Part shown: in pieces, positions 40,229 through 51,678 of the stretch
Layout: each line of letters begins with the position of its first letter
Numbering within the stretch: the stretch's first letter is position 1
Assembly: GCA_048128005.1 (NCBI GenBank)
Contig: JBEUKZ010000070.1
Span: 186,001 to 250,000 of the forward strand
DNA length: 64,000 bases
Direction of reading: 5' to 3'
Source of the DNA: Veleropilina oligotropha
Lineage: Eukaryota
Made by a program: the position numbers and the translations under genes
The notes under the pieces: generated by a model
Database searches by the model: none
What the model saw: only the letters and a program-made list of their open reading frames with translations
What the model was told of the DNA's origin: nothing

Positions 40229-41399
40229 TACCGGTATATCAAATTTGAAATAAATCGAATATTAACTTTTCACTGCACAAGAAACCTTGTCATACAAAAT
40301 GGCCGCCATGATGGCCATCTTGGATCCAAAAACAACTAAAATTGTCAGGCGGTGTGTCCTCATCATAAGTAATGCGCATACCAAATTTGGATAATAACTT
40401 TTCACTGTAGAGCTTGCACAAGAAATCTCATCAAACAAAATGGCGGCCGTCTTGGATCGGAAAACGGCAAAAATCTTTAGGCGGCATGCCCTCATCATGA
40501 CGAACGCGCATACAGTACCAAATATGAATCAAATCAGATAATAACTTTTCACTGTAGAGCGCACAAGAAATCTCTCCAAACAATATGGCCGCCATGGTGG
40601 CCATCTTGGATCCGAATATGACGTAAATCGTTAGGTGGTGTGTCCTCATCATAACTGACGTGCACACCAAATCCGATTAGAACCTTACACCATAGAGCGG
40701 ACATAAGAAATATCTGCGGCGGACGCGGTGGCTGAACGATGCCTAAACCATACAATAATGTTGCAGCTCAACTTTCCACAATTTCCAAGTTAGTTTCGGC
40801 AGTGCCCAAGTTGACGAAATTTTTATCAGCGCAATGTGCGTTGCCCATAATAAAATCAGACCCGGTTTTATCATTTTTCACTTTTAATTCATAGGCGCTC
40901 CAGGGATGCGCATTGTATTTTGTGGAAAAATTGCCAAGTTTCTAACTTCGGCTAACTGGCAAAAATACAGTCTAGGGTTTAAAATTAAAAGTATTTTTCG
41001 CTACTTGCGAGCAATGCAACTTAAAACATTTACCTTTGCCAGTTCTGTTTCAACATCATTCGGTGTCACCAAGACTTAACGTTCAGTGTTAATATCAACC
41101 ATTCTCTGTTGTAGGCACATTATAAAGAATACAAGAATGACTGATAGTTGAATGATCTTCGTAGATAAATAAGAAAAGGCACAAATGTCAATGGTAAAAT
41201 TCTTTCAAACATATTTATTCGCATTTAAATAAAAACACAGAATTAGCAAATGACTATTTATTTGCTGTACACAAAGTTCACATCAGTGATTATGACGATA
41301 ACATTCCCAAAGTTCAAAACTTTATTAAATAAGTGGAAATTTGATAGGGAATAATTTATGCTAATTTATAAAAATACTTTACACGTAGAGAGATCTGGT

Positions 41400-41537
41400 T
41401 CAACTCAGCCATAGCTTTAGACGTAATGCATCCACACCATTTAAATAGTAACGGAATAATCGTTTGTCGCGAACAAAACCCAGGTTTTCGTATAACCGAA
41501 GAGCAGGCTTGTTTGTAATTTCTGTTTCTAACACCAC
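41400..41537 (-). CDS. NAA30: NAA30 coding exon 4 (last)
   Basis: ttgcag|[45 protein letters not shown], 138 bp, closely matching the known Naa30/Mak3 C-terminus. Confidence 0.97.
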   Translation of the reverse strand: MVLETEITNKPALRLYENLGFVRDKRLFRYYLNGVDALRLKLWLS

Positions 41538-42168
41538 CTGCAATTGAAAGTGAAATGCTTTTAACAATCAATATTAAAAATAGATGAACTGTGAACAGTG
41601 CTCTAAAGTAAATTGTGATAAACCAACAACAGTGTTAAGCGGTGGTCTGAAGAAAACAATTATTATGATGTCATTTGAGCACAACACAAAGCTTCCTGTG
41701 AATATCCAGCTTTAATACTGTGAGAGGTTAATTTGGCCATAAGAAATGCTAATCTAATGTGGTTTCTATGCATATAGTAGATTGACTACAATTAATAATT
41801 TCAAGTGACTAATTGTATACCTCATATATAAATTGCATTGTATCCTGCTGCCTGGGCAATGCTACATACATCTCTGTCAGGGGTCATATAAAAGTTATGC
41901 AACTAACCCTGCATGCATATAATAATTACTGTATATATATATATAAATATTATCTCGATATATATCCCATATACGCCACAATAACAAAAGTCATCAATAT
42001 CCCCCCCCCCCCCGCAAACAGGACGCACGCACGGCCTGAACTCGTTTCTATATAACCAGACAACTTCGTTGTTGCAGGGGCTCATAAGCTGTTGTCTACT
42101 GCATTTCTTCCAAAATAAGAGAACATCTGAAACGAATCCATCCAGCAGAAGAGACTGGTTGGGCCTAC

Positions 42169-42224
42169 CTCATCGCATTCATCTGCAATCATGGCTTTAA
42201 TGGCTTTGAGCACTAAATTGGATC
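42169..42224 (-). CDS. NAA30: NAA30 coding exon 3
   Basis: ttgtag|(G)SNLVLKAIKAMIADECDE|gtaggc, 56 bp, phases compatible with both neighbours. Confidence 0.95.
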
Positions 42225-42420
42225 CTACAACGAGAACATTACTGTTAATATTTTATTTTAACTAATGTAAAATTTTACTTACGATATAAATTAAAGTGTG
42301 CAAACCCACGTTTTTAAAACTGAAAAACACTGCAAGAGAATTTAATACACAAATTTGTATTGGTGTTTATGTTCGAATTAACACCCTTTACGATATTACC
42401 AGGACATATCCACATTCGCG

Positions 42421-42504
42421 CGGGAGAGTAGGGAACTCTCTGGCACCGTAGGTTATGAACATCGGGAGAGTAGGGAACTCTCTGGCACCGTAGGTTATGA
42501 ACAT
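42421..42504. repeat. Perfect 42-bp tandem duplication (intronic)
   Basis: CGGGAGAGTAGGGAACTCTCTGGCACCGTAGGTTATGAACAT twice. Confidence 0.9.
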
Positions 42505-42881
42505 CCATGTCTATTAACTTTGGCTTAGAACCCTGTAAGACTCCTGTTCACTGTCAGAATTTGGTCGTGTGACGAGCGTTTCATTATCATCACAGAATAC
42601 GTTAAATACAAACTGTTCACCAAGGTTATACAGCTCATTTGTATCGTGACACCTTACTGCAAAGGATACATTACTGGACAGTTTAATTTCTTAACAAGTG
42701 TCTGAAAGGATCATGTTCATAGACTAGTACATTCATGATGTATCCAACTGGGTCTCGAAACAACGTAACCACAGGCAAACTGGTGCAGTCCAGCGAATGA
42801 GTTGAGAGCTACTCCCCTACCACTGTGCGAACAAATGATCATATTGCATGTATTGATCCATTGCCTACTAAAAGTACTTAC

Positions 42882-43005
42882 CTATTCGTTTTCTCCTATT
42901 ATCTGCATCAATGGCCAACATGGCAATGTATCCTCGACGAGTCATCTTCTTGTGCAGGTCCAGCTTGCACACAATAGCTCCCACGCACTGGTTACCAGCC
43001 ATTGC
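42882..43005 (-). CDS. NAA30: NAA30 coding exon 2
   Basis: ttgcag|[41 protein letters not shown](G)|gtaagt, 124 bp, GNAT acetyl-CoA-binding region. Confidence 0.97.
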
Positions 43006-43676
43006 CTGCAATATACGAGATAAACAACATACAATAGCTCCCACGCACTGGGTACCAGCCATTGCCTGCAATATACGAGATAAACAACATACAATAGCTC
43101 CCACGCACTACCACTGTACCAGTCATTGTCTGCAATATACGAGATAAACAACATACAATAGCTCCCACGCACTGGGCACCAGCCATTGCCTGCAATATAC
43201 AAGATAAACAACATAGCTCCCATGCACTGGGTACCAGCCATTGCCTGCAATATACGAGATAAACAACATACAATAGCTCCCATGCACTGGGTACCAGCCA
43301 TTGCCTGCAATATAAGTGATAAACAACATACAATAGCTCCCATGTACTGGGTACCCGCCATTGCCTGCAATATAAGAGATATACAACATACAATAGCTCC
43401 CACGCACTGGGTACCAGCCATTGCCTGCAATATACGAGATAAACAACATACAAATTACAATAGCTCCCATGCACTGGGTACCAGCCATTGCCTGCAATAT
43501 AAGTGATAAACAACATACAATAGCTCACATGTACTGGGTACCAGCCATTGCCTGCAATATAAGACATATACAACATACAATAGCTCCGACGCACTGGGTA
43601 CCAGCCATTGCCTGCAATATAAGAGATGCACAATAGCTCCTACGTACTTGGTACCAGCCAGCCATTGCCTATAATA
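42971..43676. repeat. 60-bp tandem array made of the NAA30 exon-2 acceptor plus the first ~35 coding nt, about 12 copies
   Basis: Minus-strand unit ATGTTGTTTATCTCGTATATTGCAG|GCAATGGCTGGTACCCAGTGCGTGGGAGCTATTGT. Confidence 0.92.
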
Positions 43677-44610
43677 TATTATCATATATCCGGGTCATTT
43701 TACATAGCAAGTGTTTAATAAAAACGATAATACACATGTAACTTATGGCTTTCTGTGTAATTTTGATTGGACAATTTAATCAATGGGACCGAACAGTCAA
43801 TTGTAGAACGGGTCACAAAAGGTCATTGAGAGTAATTGAGGACTTCTTTCAATACTAGGATTTTTACTATGATCGTGGTTATTGCAGTGTTGCAGGAACA
43901 GTATTCGTATGTGCAACTAACGATCAATATTTAGTAAAACTATTAGGTGCAGATATCCAGGTAAGATCGTTTAACTCCCGATTATCATAGCATGCAAAAT
44001 AGTAGTTTCCAATTTACTTTCTGTTCTGCAAATCTGTTGGTGTACATTTCATTCACAGCAATTATAACTGCACTTGAGCGAAATCGGTGTTCATTTCATT
44101 CGAGAGAATGGTCGCCATTTTCTGACGCTTCGAATCAATTTTAGATTTAAAATAACATATTAACGTTGCATATTTATAAAATTGTGAACATATACAAAGC
44201 CGACAAATAGTCATGATTGTGATGCTTTATATATGTAAGTTGCAGAAGTTGATTCGATAGCAGACGACAACTCGCTCAACTTCCCGACGAAATAATGTAA
44301 TAAACACCGAAGCATCGCGCATTTAATGTTATTTTAATAGAGCCTGTTGGATAAATATGATATCGATTAAGCAACATTAGTTCTTTTTTAACATAAATTT
44401 TTGCTCTCTAGTTTATAGATTAGGTAAAACTGGGGTTATTTTTCACATCCATTGCAGCATTTTCATGACTTTAACGTTCAATTTACAATTCACATTCAGC
44501 AATATTCCTACGCTGCATAATTATTTTAGAACGTGTCCACAAACTTAAAGTCAACGTTACATGTAGGCCTACAGCTTGTTTCTTTATAAATTTAGGATAT
44601 ATGATAAAAA

Positions 44611-44756
44611 GAATCTCACATTCGTGGTCATTTAATATCACATTTATGAAACTCGTTAACCAATTTTCATATTTTCCTAGGTGAAACCTCGGAAAATATG
44701 AAAATTAGTTAACGAGTTTCATAAATGTGATATTAAATGACCACTCATGTGAGATC
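44611..44756. mobile_element. Fold-back element with central hairpin (Crypton-like MITE, tentative)
   Basis: Inverted arms ATCTCACAT..GTGGTCATTTAATATCACATTTATGAAACTCGTTAAC around CCTAGGTGAAACCTCGG. Confidence 0.6.
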
Positions 44757-45629
44757 CCCACTATAAGAGATCTTTATATAGAGAAATTTGGCAATAACAG
44801 GAACTAGCTAGTAAAGTTGCGACAAATGCCTGTGTCACTGTCAGAATAGCAGGTAGTATTCAGTTTACATTAAGCGTTAATACCTGGTTGGTTCTCATAA
44901 TAAACCTGAATACAGTAAGGCCTTCCAGGGAGTGGCTACAGTAATTACCACTAATAATTAAATTGTATGCATTGTTTGCAAAACTTGTTGTATATCAAGC
45001 ATTTTTTGTTCTATTGTAAACGATTGTAACATCAGGCATTGGAATGGAGGATGGACCCTCGCGAGATCAACGATATAATTTGAACAAAATTATTTACATA
45101 GCACCAAGACTCCAGTAAGATTAGATGAGTAATGACCATGAAACCTAATTATATCTACCATACAATCCACTATTAGTGCAAAGACACTCAATATATTGTT
45201 TTTCATGACAATGTCTTGAAAAATGATCAGAAGTCGGAACAAGTCTTGGGGAATGGCCTACCAATCTGCTCACAAGAAGTTTCCTCAGATCTTCGACCAG
45301 GAGGCTGGCGAGAGAGTGTTGTGATCTCGAACGCTGCTGGACCAACTCGTCACAAAATAAATCAGATATTTTGGTCAAATAATCCTGGCGACACTAAGTC
45401 TTGTTAGTAGTTGTTACCAGAGAAGCTTGTCAACATTCTGGCACAATGAGGTCTGGTCTTGTTTGTCCTGCCGAAAGGGCCACCCGTAATCTGCTGCAGG
45501 CCTGCGAGAACCAAGGACAAGGTTATGAGGTAAGCTTTCAGCCACATAACCATCTAGGCCAGCATATATAGAAAGTGGTCTTGTGAGGGCTTGACATGTT
45601 GATCCACATCATCATGATGCCGTGTGGAA

Positions 45630-46085
45630 CTGGCCATAGTGATGTCTGTGAACAGTTGAACCACACTTCTGAGTGTCTGCAACGCGACTGGCCACAGTGA
45701 TGTCTGTGAACCGCTCTCCTGGGTGTCTGCAACGCGAACGCGAGTGGCCAGTGATGTCTGTGAACCGCTCTCCCGAGTGTCTGCAATGCGAATGGCCACA
45801 GTGATGTCTGTGAACCACTCTCCTGGGTGTTTGCAACGCTCTCCTGGGTGTCTGCAATATGAACGTGACTGGCCACAGTGATGTCTGTGAACCGCTCTCC
45901 TGGGTGCCTGCAACGCGAACGCGACTGGCCACAGTGATGTCTGTGAACCGCTCTCCTGGGTGTCTGCAACGCAAACGCGACTGGCCACAGGGATGTCTGT
46001 GAACCGCTGTCCTGGATCACGATGCTGCATGGAACCGGCCAGTGATGTCTGTGAACTTCTCTCCTGGGTGTCTGCAACGCGACTG
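45630..46085. repeat. 56-bp tandem repeat in NAA30 intron 1
   Basis: GGCCACAGTGATGTCTGTGAACCGCTCTCCTGGGTGTCTGCAACGCGAACGCGACT at 45871, 45927 and 45983. Confidence 0.9.
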
Positions 46086-46410
46086 GAGACCAAGACTAGA
46101 TTCATCCGAGTATAGCACTTGACCATACAGGGACACCAGTGTCTGGTCATTCTATGACATGGTAATAATGTTCTGAGGAACTTGAAGAGGGGGAGCAGGG
46201 GAGGTAACCGTAGTGTTTTTTGACTTAATAGTGCATAATGTGACCATTTTCGCTGTTTCCGGTTAGCGATAATATGACTATTATGGCAAGAGTACGGACG
46301 TAAGTATATTTGTGACTAATATAAACACTATATGGTGTTGCATTCTTTCGGCATCTGATGACGCAATAAAATTATAAACAAGATCTTATTCAATTAGAAT
46401 GAATACTTAC

Positions 46411-47010
46411 CAAAAAGCATAATTTTGGCCAATTGTGTATAAAATAACGATAGGTGTATATTGAATATGGTTCAGAGAGGTCCTTAGTTATGAGTCTCAT
46501 TATATCAGGCATTTGCGTCTCTGATTCGTACACAGCGTATTGGATACCGTCTCGAATATCAGACGAGTTATCAAACCCTGATGCCGTGAGTCGTTCAAGT
46601 TTATCTAACATTTCAGATACTCCCACTGTATCATCACCTGGCTTACTATTGTCAGGTAGTTCTTGTTGATCAGCATCTTGATTGGGTAAGAGTTCACTCG
46701 AATCACTGTTTTTTGATAGCACATGATGTGCCTCTTCACATTTCCCTTCAATTATATCTGTATTATCTGTCTCATTTTTTGTTAACAGTTTCCCTTCAAT
46801 AACATGAGGTATTAACCCATTTTCGTCCAATTTCAGTTTGATTTTTCCGTTTGGTAAACTGTTGTCTTTGATTATCTTCACATCACGAAGCGGGTCAAAG
46901 GCGCATGTTTGGCAACCAGTTGGCAAGGTTGTTGTAGGATTTACTTTACTTCTTACGTCACCTGCACCTGGATTTAACAGTCCCCCGACAGCACCTTCCA
47001 TGGTATCCAT
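46411..47010 (-). CDS. NAA30: NAA30 (NatC catalytic subunit, Mak3) coding exon 1
   Basis: Low-complexity N-terminus, then [45 protein letters not shown]|gtaagt. Exons of 600+124+56+138 = 918 nt give 305 aa plus stop. Confidence 0.97.
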
Positions 47011-47134
47011 CGTAATACAGCTGTTACTGATTTGAATTACAAACTAATGTCATATTTCTGTTTATAGATATTGCACACGTCAGGAGACGACAAATCACGA
47101 ACATGTTGACGTCCATTGCAGTTGTTTGGTCTTT

Positions 47135-47146
47135 TGCGCATGCGCG
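47135..47146. promoter_or_regulatory. NRF1-type site upstream of NAA30
   Basis: TGCGCATGCGCG matches consensus YGCGCAYGCGCR, 125 bp upstream of the ATG. ETS-like TTCCGG and ACTTCCTG motifs lie at ~47273-47300. Confidence 0.55.
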
Positions 47147-49870
47147 CCATAATAACGGCAACATTTACCAACAAACGATACTTTGAAATATTTATGCATC
47201 TACAAACGCATCAATTATAATACACGCTGTTACACGATAACAGGATCACATTCAGGGAAACAATTATATCATTTCCGGCGCGCAAAAAGTTTACTTCCTG
47301 TATATCAAGGGAGACAAATCAGAAAGCCATGCCATCGAACGTGCAGACGATTGAAGGTGAGCACTGAGCTAATAAAAGAAACACCAATCATTATGTGCAA
47401 GCGTCGTTCAACGCTCTAGATGGATTATATGTGATTTTGGGGGGGCACTTGCAGTTTAAGGGTCCCCAGTATAGGGTTAGCTAACCCTGCTTGCTAATAC
47501 ACTGAACCTAATGCCCATAGTCTGCAAAGAATATACTCCTAAACCCCAATGTAATGTCCGTAAATCGTGTCCAAATTGGATATTGATCATGGGTATATGA
47601 ACGAATAGTAGATATATCCAGGTGACCCTTAAACTGCAAACTACCCTTTTTTTCTCCGTGATATATCTATGTACCACGGACGGTATACAGGATTGTAAAA
47701 ATCAAATGATCTACTAACTGACAATGACTGAATGAAAGCGCCCCAGCCCTGGTCGAGTAGCTTGTTTATATTTTTTCAAATGTTTTAGCATTTTATTACT
47801 AAGCTTTCATTACAAGTTATTTGTTTACTAACATTGCGCACCACCATAAATGCCTGAGTCTTCAACAAAATGAAGTTGGTACTCTAAATGGAAGAAGAAA
47901 AATAAATTAAAATAGTGATGTGATTGTGAGAAAATAATATGTTGTAGGTGCTTCCTAGAAACGAGCACTCAGATATAACATACAGTATATATGTACATAT
48001 AATTATTAAAACTAATTACAAAACCACTATTTAATAGAATGTCTTTAAGGCTTAGTTCCTTCTTCAATATTGTCCAATTAGTACATAATTATATTGGCTC
48101 AACTTTGACCTGGCCCAAGTTTGATTCGATCGGTGAATTCCGCTATGCTCCGAATCATTCTGAATGTTGCCAAGATGACATTCGACCGAATTTGAAATTT
48201 AGCGCGATGACGTCACATTTACCCTAACCCGAGAAATGAAAATTTAAACTTCATAAGAATTTATTATTTATGACACTACGTGCCTGTAATAAGCATGTTT
48301 AATGTGCAAGAGCTTCGCGCTTGACACTCTTGACAAATAAATAAAAAATATTCTATCATAATTATTACCCATAAACGAAAAGCTCCATGTTTTTGCAAAA
48401 CCAAACCCAGAATGCTCAATTTCGGGTTTCCGTCCATATTTTAACAACAGCAAGCCTATTTGATATTGTTGATAGTTCATTATTTTCTACACACCTGTTA
48501 GCCTATAAGAGCTCGCACTTCGTGCTCATTATTACTTAGTAGTTGAGAAATTGTAGGGAATATATTGGCTAGACCCACACATTGGAATCAACATATGTGT
48601 GGCGTGGTAAAAATCACAACACAGTTGTATAAGGTGATTGTTTATGGAGCCTCTAATAGCTTTGGAGTACCGGATGGTCAGTCAATTATGGCGGTTAGTG
48701 CCCACTAAAAATTACAACACAGTTACTATAGGCGGTTACTGCGCCATTAGATTTTGATCTAAAATGGTCCAGCAGGTTCAATTGCCTGGGCTTTTCCCTA
48801 GATTGCTGTATCCATTGCACAGTCGACAGTCGTGTGGTTTTGGTTGCTATACTAGGCACCGTTTCTCTAAAAATGATGACAATCATAAGATTATATTAGG
48901 ACCATTTCACAAAGGTTGTCTTAAGTTTGTTGTAAGCAACTCTTCAAGAAAATTGGTTAGAAAAGACCTTAAAGTTACGCTGAATTGCACATGTGTCAAA
49001 GATTGTTAGTGTTCGCAAGTACGGTGCATGAAATATTCTAGTGCACAATAATAAGAGCAGAATAGAAGATAATATCTAAGTATTATAAGACTATTTACCT
49101 ATATTTTAGTCTAAAGCTGACTGCCGTCGAAAAATATCTTTTTCCGACATGCTTAATATTTTAAAAATCTGAATAGATTCAGAATCTATTCAGAGTTTGA
49201 CCATATATTCCCTATACAAACATTAACAATCTTTGACACATGCGCAATTCATTCCTGGTGCATTTTGGGGGAAACGGGCCGAAAGAAAACTTACGTCTGC
49301 CGATACCCAGATGTATAATTGCGACCGATATCGGTTGTAAGATTTTTGTGTGAAACACACGTAGGATTGCGAGTTGGACTTACGACAATCTTACATCTAA
49401 GACCGCAGATTTTTGTGAAACGAGGCCCAGACTCTGAAATCACTGGCTTGATTCCACTGACACGAACAGTAGTGGGTTCGAATGTCAGTAGGGACATTGG
49501 CATTATTTGTTCAGTTACCCATAGCTGGTTGGAGAGAACGAATTTCCCCTGGTGACCCTCCCGCGATCATATGGACATGTCCTGCTTTGAACCTGATGAT
49601 ATTAAATTAACCCATTTACTGCGTAAGATGCCATATGACGTCCTGGGTCAGCATATGCCTTATAAATTAACATAGATCCAATCCATTGCACACAGCACCA
49701 ACCAATTTCATCATTCAAAGTTGATTGACATGATTTATGACCGAATACTGTTGCCTTCGTGTGGTCGTAAAACATCAATTCATCATCATCTGATATAAAA
49801 TAGATAGCCGGATGGGCAGACCAGTCACGGCTGGAGGTGGTGCTCGCCTAAAAATAAAATTATGTATGGG

Positions 49871-49982
49871 ATAAACTACTGGATAGCGTTGAATAGTTCA
49901 GAGAAAACGCTCCTGTCGAGGGCCGTGAGGCCCGAGACAGGAGTGTTTTCTCTGAACTATTCAACGCTATCCAGTAGTTTAT
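49871..49982. repeat. 112-bp near-perfect hairpin
   Basis: 47-bp arms (49871-49917 / 49936-49982, one G-T pair) closing GA-GGGCC-GTGA-GGCCC-GA. Confidence 0.95.
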
Positions 49983-50043
49983 GTCACTTAAAACATTTCA
50001 CCATTGAACAATAGCCTCATTCCCCACCAGGTACCTCTATTGT

Positions 50044-50158
50044 GGGTGGCCACGGCCCCGGGGGTGGCCCGGGGGTGGGTGGCCGAGGGTGGCCCGGGGG
50101 TGGGTGGCCGAGGGTGGCCCCGGGGGTGGGTGGCCGAGGGTGGCCCGGGGGTGGGCCG
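50044..50158 (+). repeat. G-rich ~25-bp tandem repeats
   Basis: GGGTGGCCGAGGGTGGCCCGGGGGT about 3-4 times. Confidence 0.9.
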
Positions 50159-50197
50159 AAAAATATTTTTCAAGGCAGGGAATCCCCAAGCAGCTGT

Positions 50198-50641
50198 TTA
50201 TATAAATATATAATTCCCGCTGGCCAGTGTGCAATTGCAGGGCGAGTGATGCCCTATCTGACTCCACGTACCCCTGCAGCCGGTGGATAACATTGAGAAG
50301 TAATGCCCACGTTTACCTCGACATAAGGACGGCTCGGCGCACTCAATACACACAACAGTATTTGGATCAGGGCCACAGTCATTCTCTCCATCGATAATAA
50401 AGTAGTGACACGATGGTGGGGATACATCAGGGGGGTCTCGTAGCAAGTTTCTTCGCAAGGGGTCAAGTCGTATATTGTACATGGGGTGGGTCCGGTACCT
50501 GGCCCATGTGTGTTCGAGAATTAAGGCGTCGTCGCGTGCCTGGGTGGTACCCCCCAGGGCGGCAAAGCACACCGCGGCGATACACAGTAGCATGGATTTC
50601 ATGGATTTCATGGCTTGTCCAGATATCACTGTCCAGTTCAA
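50198..50641 (-). CDS. Hypothetical protein with signal-peptide-like N-terminus and Cys-rich C-terminus
   Basis: MKSMLLCIAAVCFAALGGTTQA then a Cys-containing domain; same orientation as the adjacent viral genes. Confidence 0.4.
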   Translation of the reverse strand: MNWTVISGQAMKSMKSMLLCIAAVCFAALGGTTQARDDALILEHTWARYRTHPMYNIRLDPLRRNLLRDPPDVSPPSCHYFIIDGENDCGPDPNTVVCIECAEPSLCRGKRGHYFSMLSTGCRGTWSQIGHHSPCNCTLASGNYIFI

Positions 50642-50692
50642 GCTTTAATACGGGGGAGGGGGGGTAGTCCACCCCACGCTCAACCTGGATAG

Positions 50693-51328
50693 CTAGTCGC
50701 CAGCCCCGATTTTTTTCAGCAGCTCCGCGCGTCCCTCTTTACGACCACGCTCAAGAAGCTCGGTTTGGGTCTGTGAAATCGCGGTGTGCGCTTTTGTACT
50801 CTTGAGACGCAGGGCGGCTTTCAATGTCCGATACTTTTCCATCTCCCCTGTGACCAGTTGAAATTCATCATCAGACATCACCCCGTCTGCTAAGGCCTTT
50901 GAGACGTGGTCGGTTATGGTATTCAGTTTGCTGTCGGCCAGTACTCGGATCTCGTCGTGCTTTTTAGCCTTCACCCCGAGGCGTCGGCTAATGTATTTTC
51001 CACCCATGCTAGCGAGCCCACACCCCAACGCCGCTAGTTCCAGCACTAGGACCACAGGTGCGGCAACGATCGTGGAAAGTAGTCCGATGCCGGCGCTACC
51101 CATACCAAGGGTGGCCACGACCAGGGCCGAATCGATCCCGTCAATGACATTAACGCCTCGCCGGTACTTCTTGTACAGGGCGGCTCGGGCATCTCGTTCT
51201 CGTTCTAGCTGTCCCTGAAGCTCATTCATTTTCTGTAGTCGGAAAGACTGTGCCTCCGGCAGTTCCGAAGGCACATCCCCACCAAGCTGTGGGTACAGCG
51301 TTGGCGCTGATGGCTTGCTGTCCATCAT
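50693..51328 (-). CDS. Viral coiled-coil/hydrophobic-hairpin membrane protein
   Basis: 211 aa: coiled coil, two long Gly/Ala-rich hydrophobic segments, and KKHDEIRVLADSKLNTI..SKAL.D..SD.EF, a motif I recall from Polinton/adintovirus-like elements. Confidence 0.75.
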   Translation of the reverse strand: MMDSKPSAPTLYPQLGGDVPSELPEAQSFRLQKMNELQGQLERERDARAALYKKYRRGVNVIDGIDSALVVATLGMGSAGIGLLSTIVAAPVVLVLELAALGCGLASMGGKYISRRLGVKAKKHDEIRVLADSKLNTITDHVSKALADGVMSDDEFQLVTGEMEKYRTLKAALRLKSTKAHTAISQTQTELLERGRKEGRAELLKKIGAGD

Positions 51329-51678
51329 ACGTGGCTGTATTGTTCAGCCTGTTGATTCCCAGTGTCGACAGTAACGTTCAAATAAAAAGTGCTCACCCAT
51401 GGGGCCTTGACGACGAAGGCGAGGGTCAACCTGTCCGAATTCAGGTCAAGCGTACTTATGGAACATGCTTTGGGGCCCCAGGCAGGCTGGACCGGCGTCA
51501 GGTGGATCATTAGGAGGGCTGGGTTTAACCCAAACCGACCTCCAGCGTTTGGGATCATGAACTCTCTCTTCGCCAGCCCCTTCTTGGGCGCTTCCCCACA
51601 ATTAAAAACGAAGTGCCACCGGGTCGGGGAAGGCTCATCTGCAAGCAGGGGGAGGGTCCCATAGATGCTGGTGCTCAT
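51325..51678 (-). CDS. Hypothetical viral protein (117 aa)
   Basis: ATGA stop/start overlaps with both neighbours (51325-51328 and 51675-51678). Confidence 0.6.
   Translation of the reverse strand: MSTSIYGTLPLLADEPSPTRWHFVFNCGEAPKKGLAKREFMIPNAGGRFGLNPALLMIHLTPVQPAWGPKACSISTLDLNSDRLTLAFVVKAPWVSTFYLNVTVDTGNQQAEQYSHV

Noticed and set aside
42971..43676. Multiple overlapping Cys/Trp-rich ORFs as a repeat protein
   Set aside because: They are translations of the 60-bp array in several frames on both strands; only the NAA30 exon frame is supported.
45538..46150. ORFs of 120-198 aa in NAA30 intron 1
   Set aside because: Artifacts of the stop-poor 56-bp tandem repeat; all three minus frames are open.
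49988..50290. Pro/Gly-rich ORFs at the viral left end
   Set aside because: Translations of the G-rich tandem repeat.
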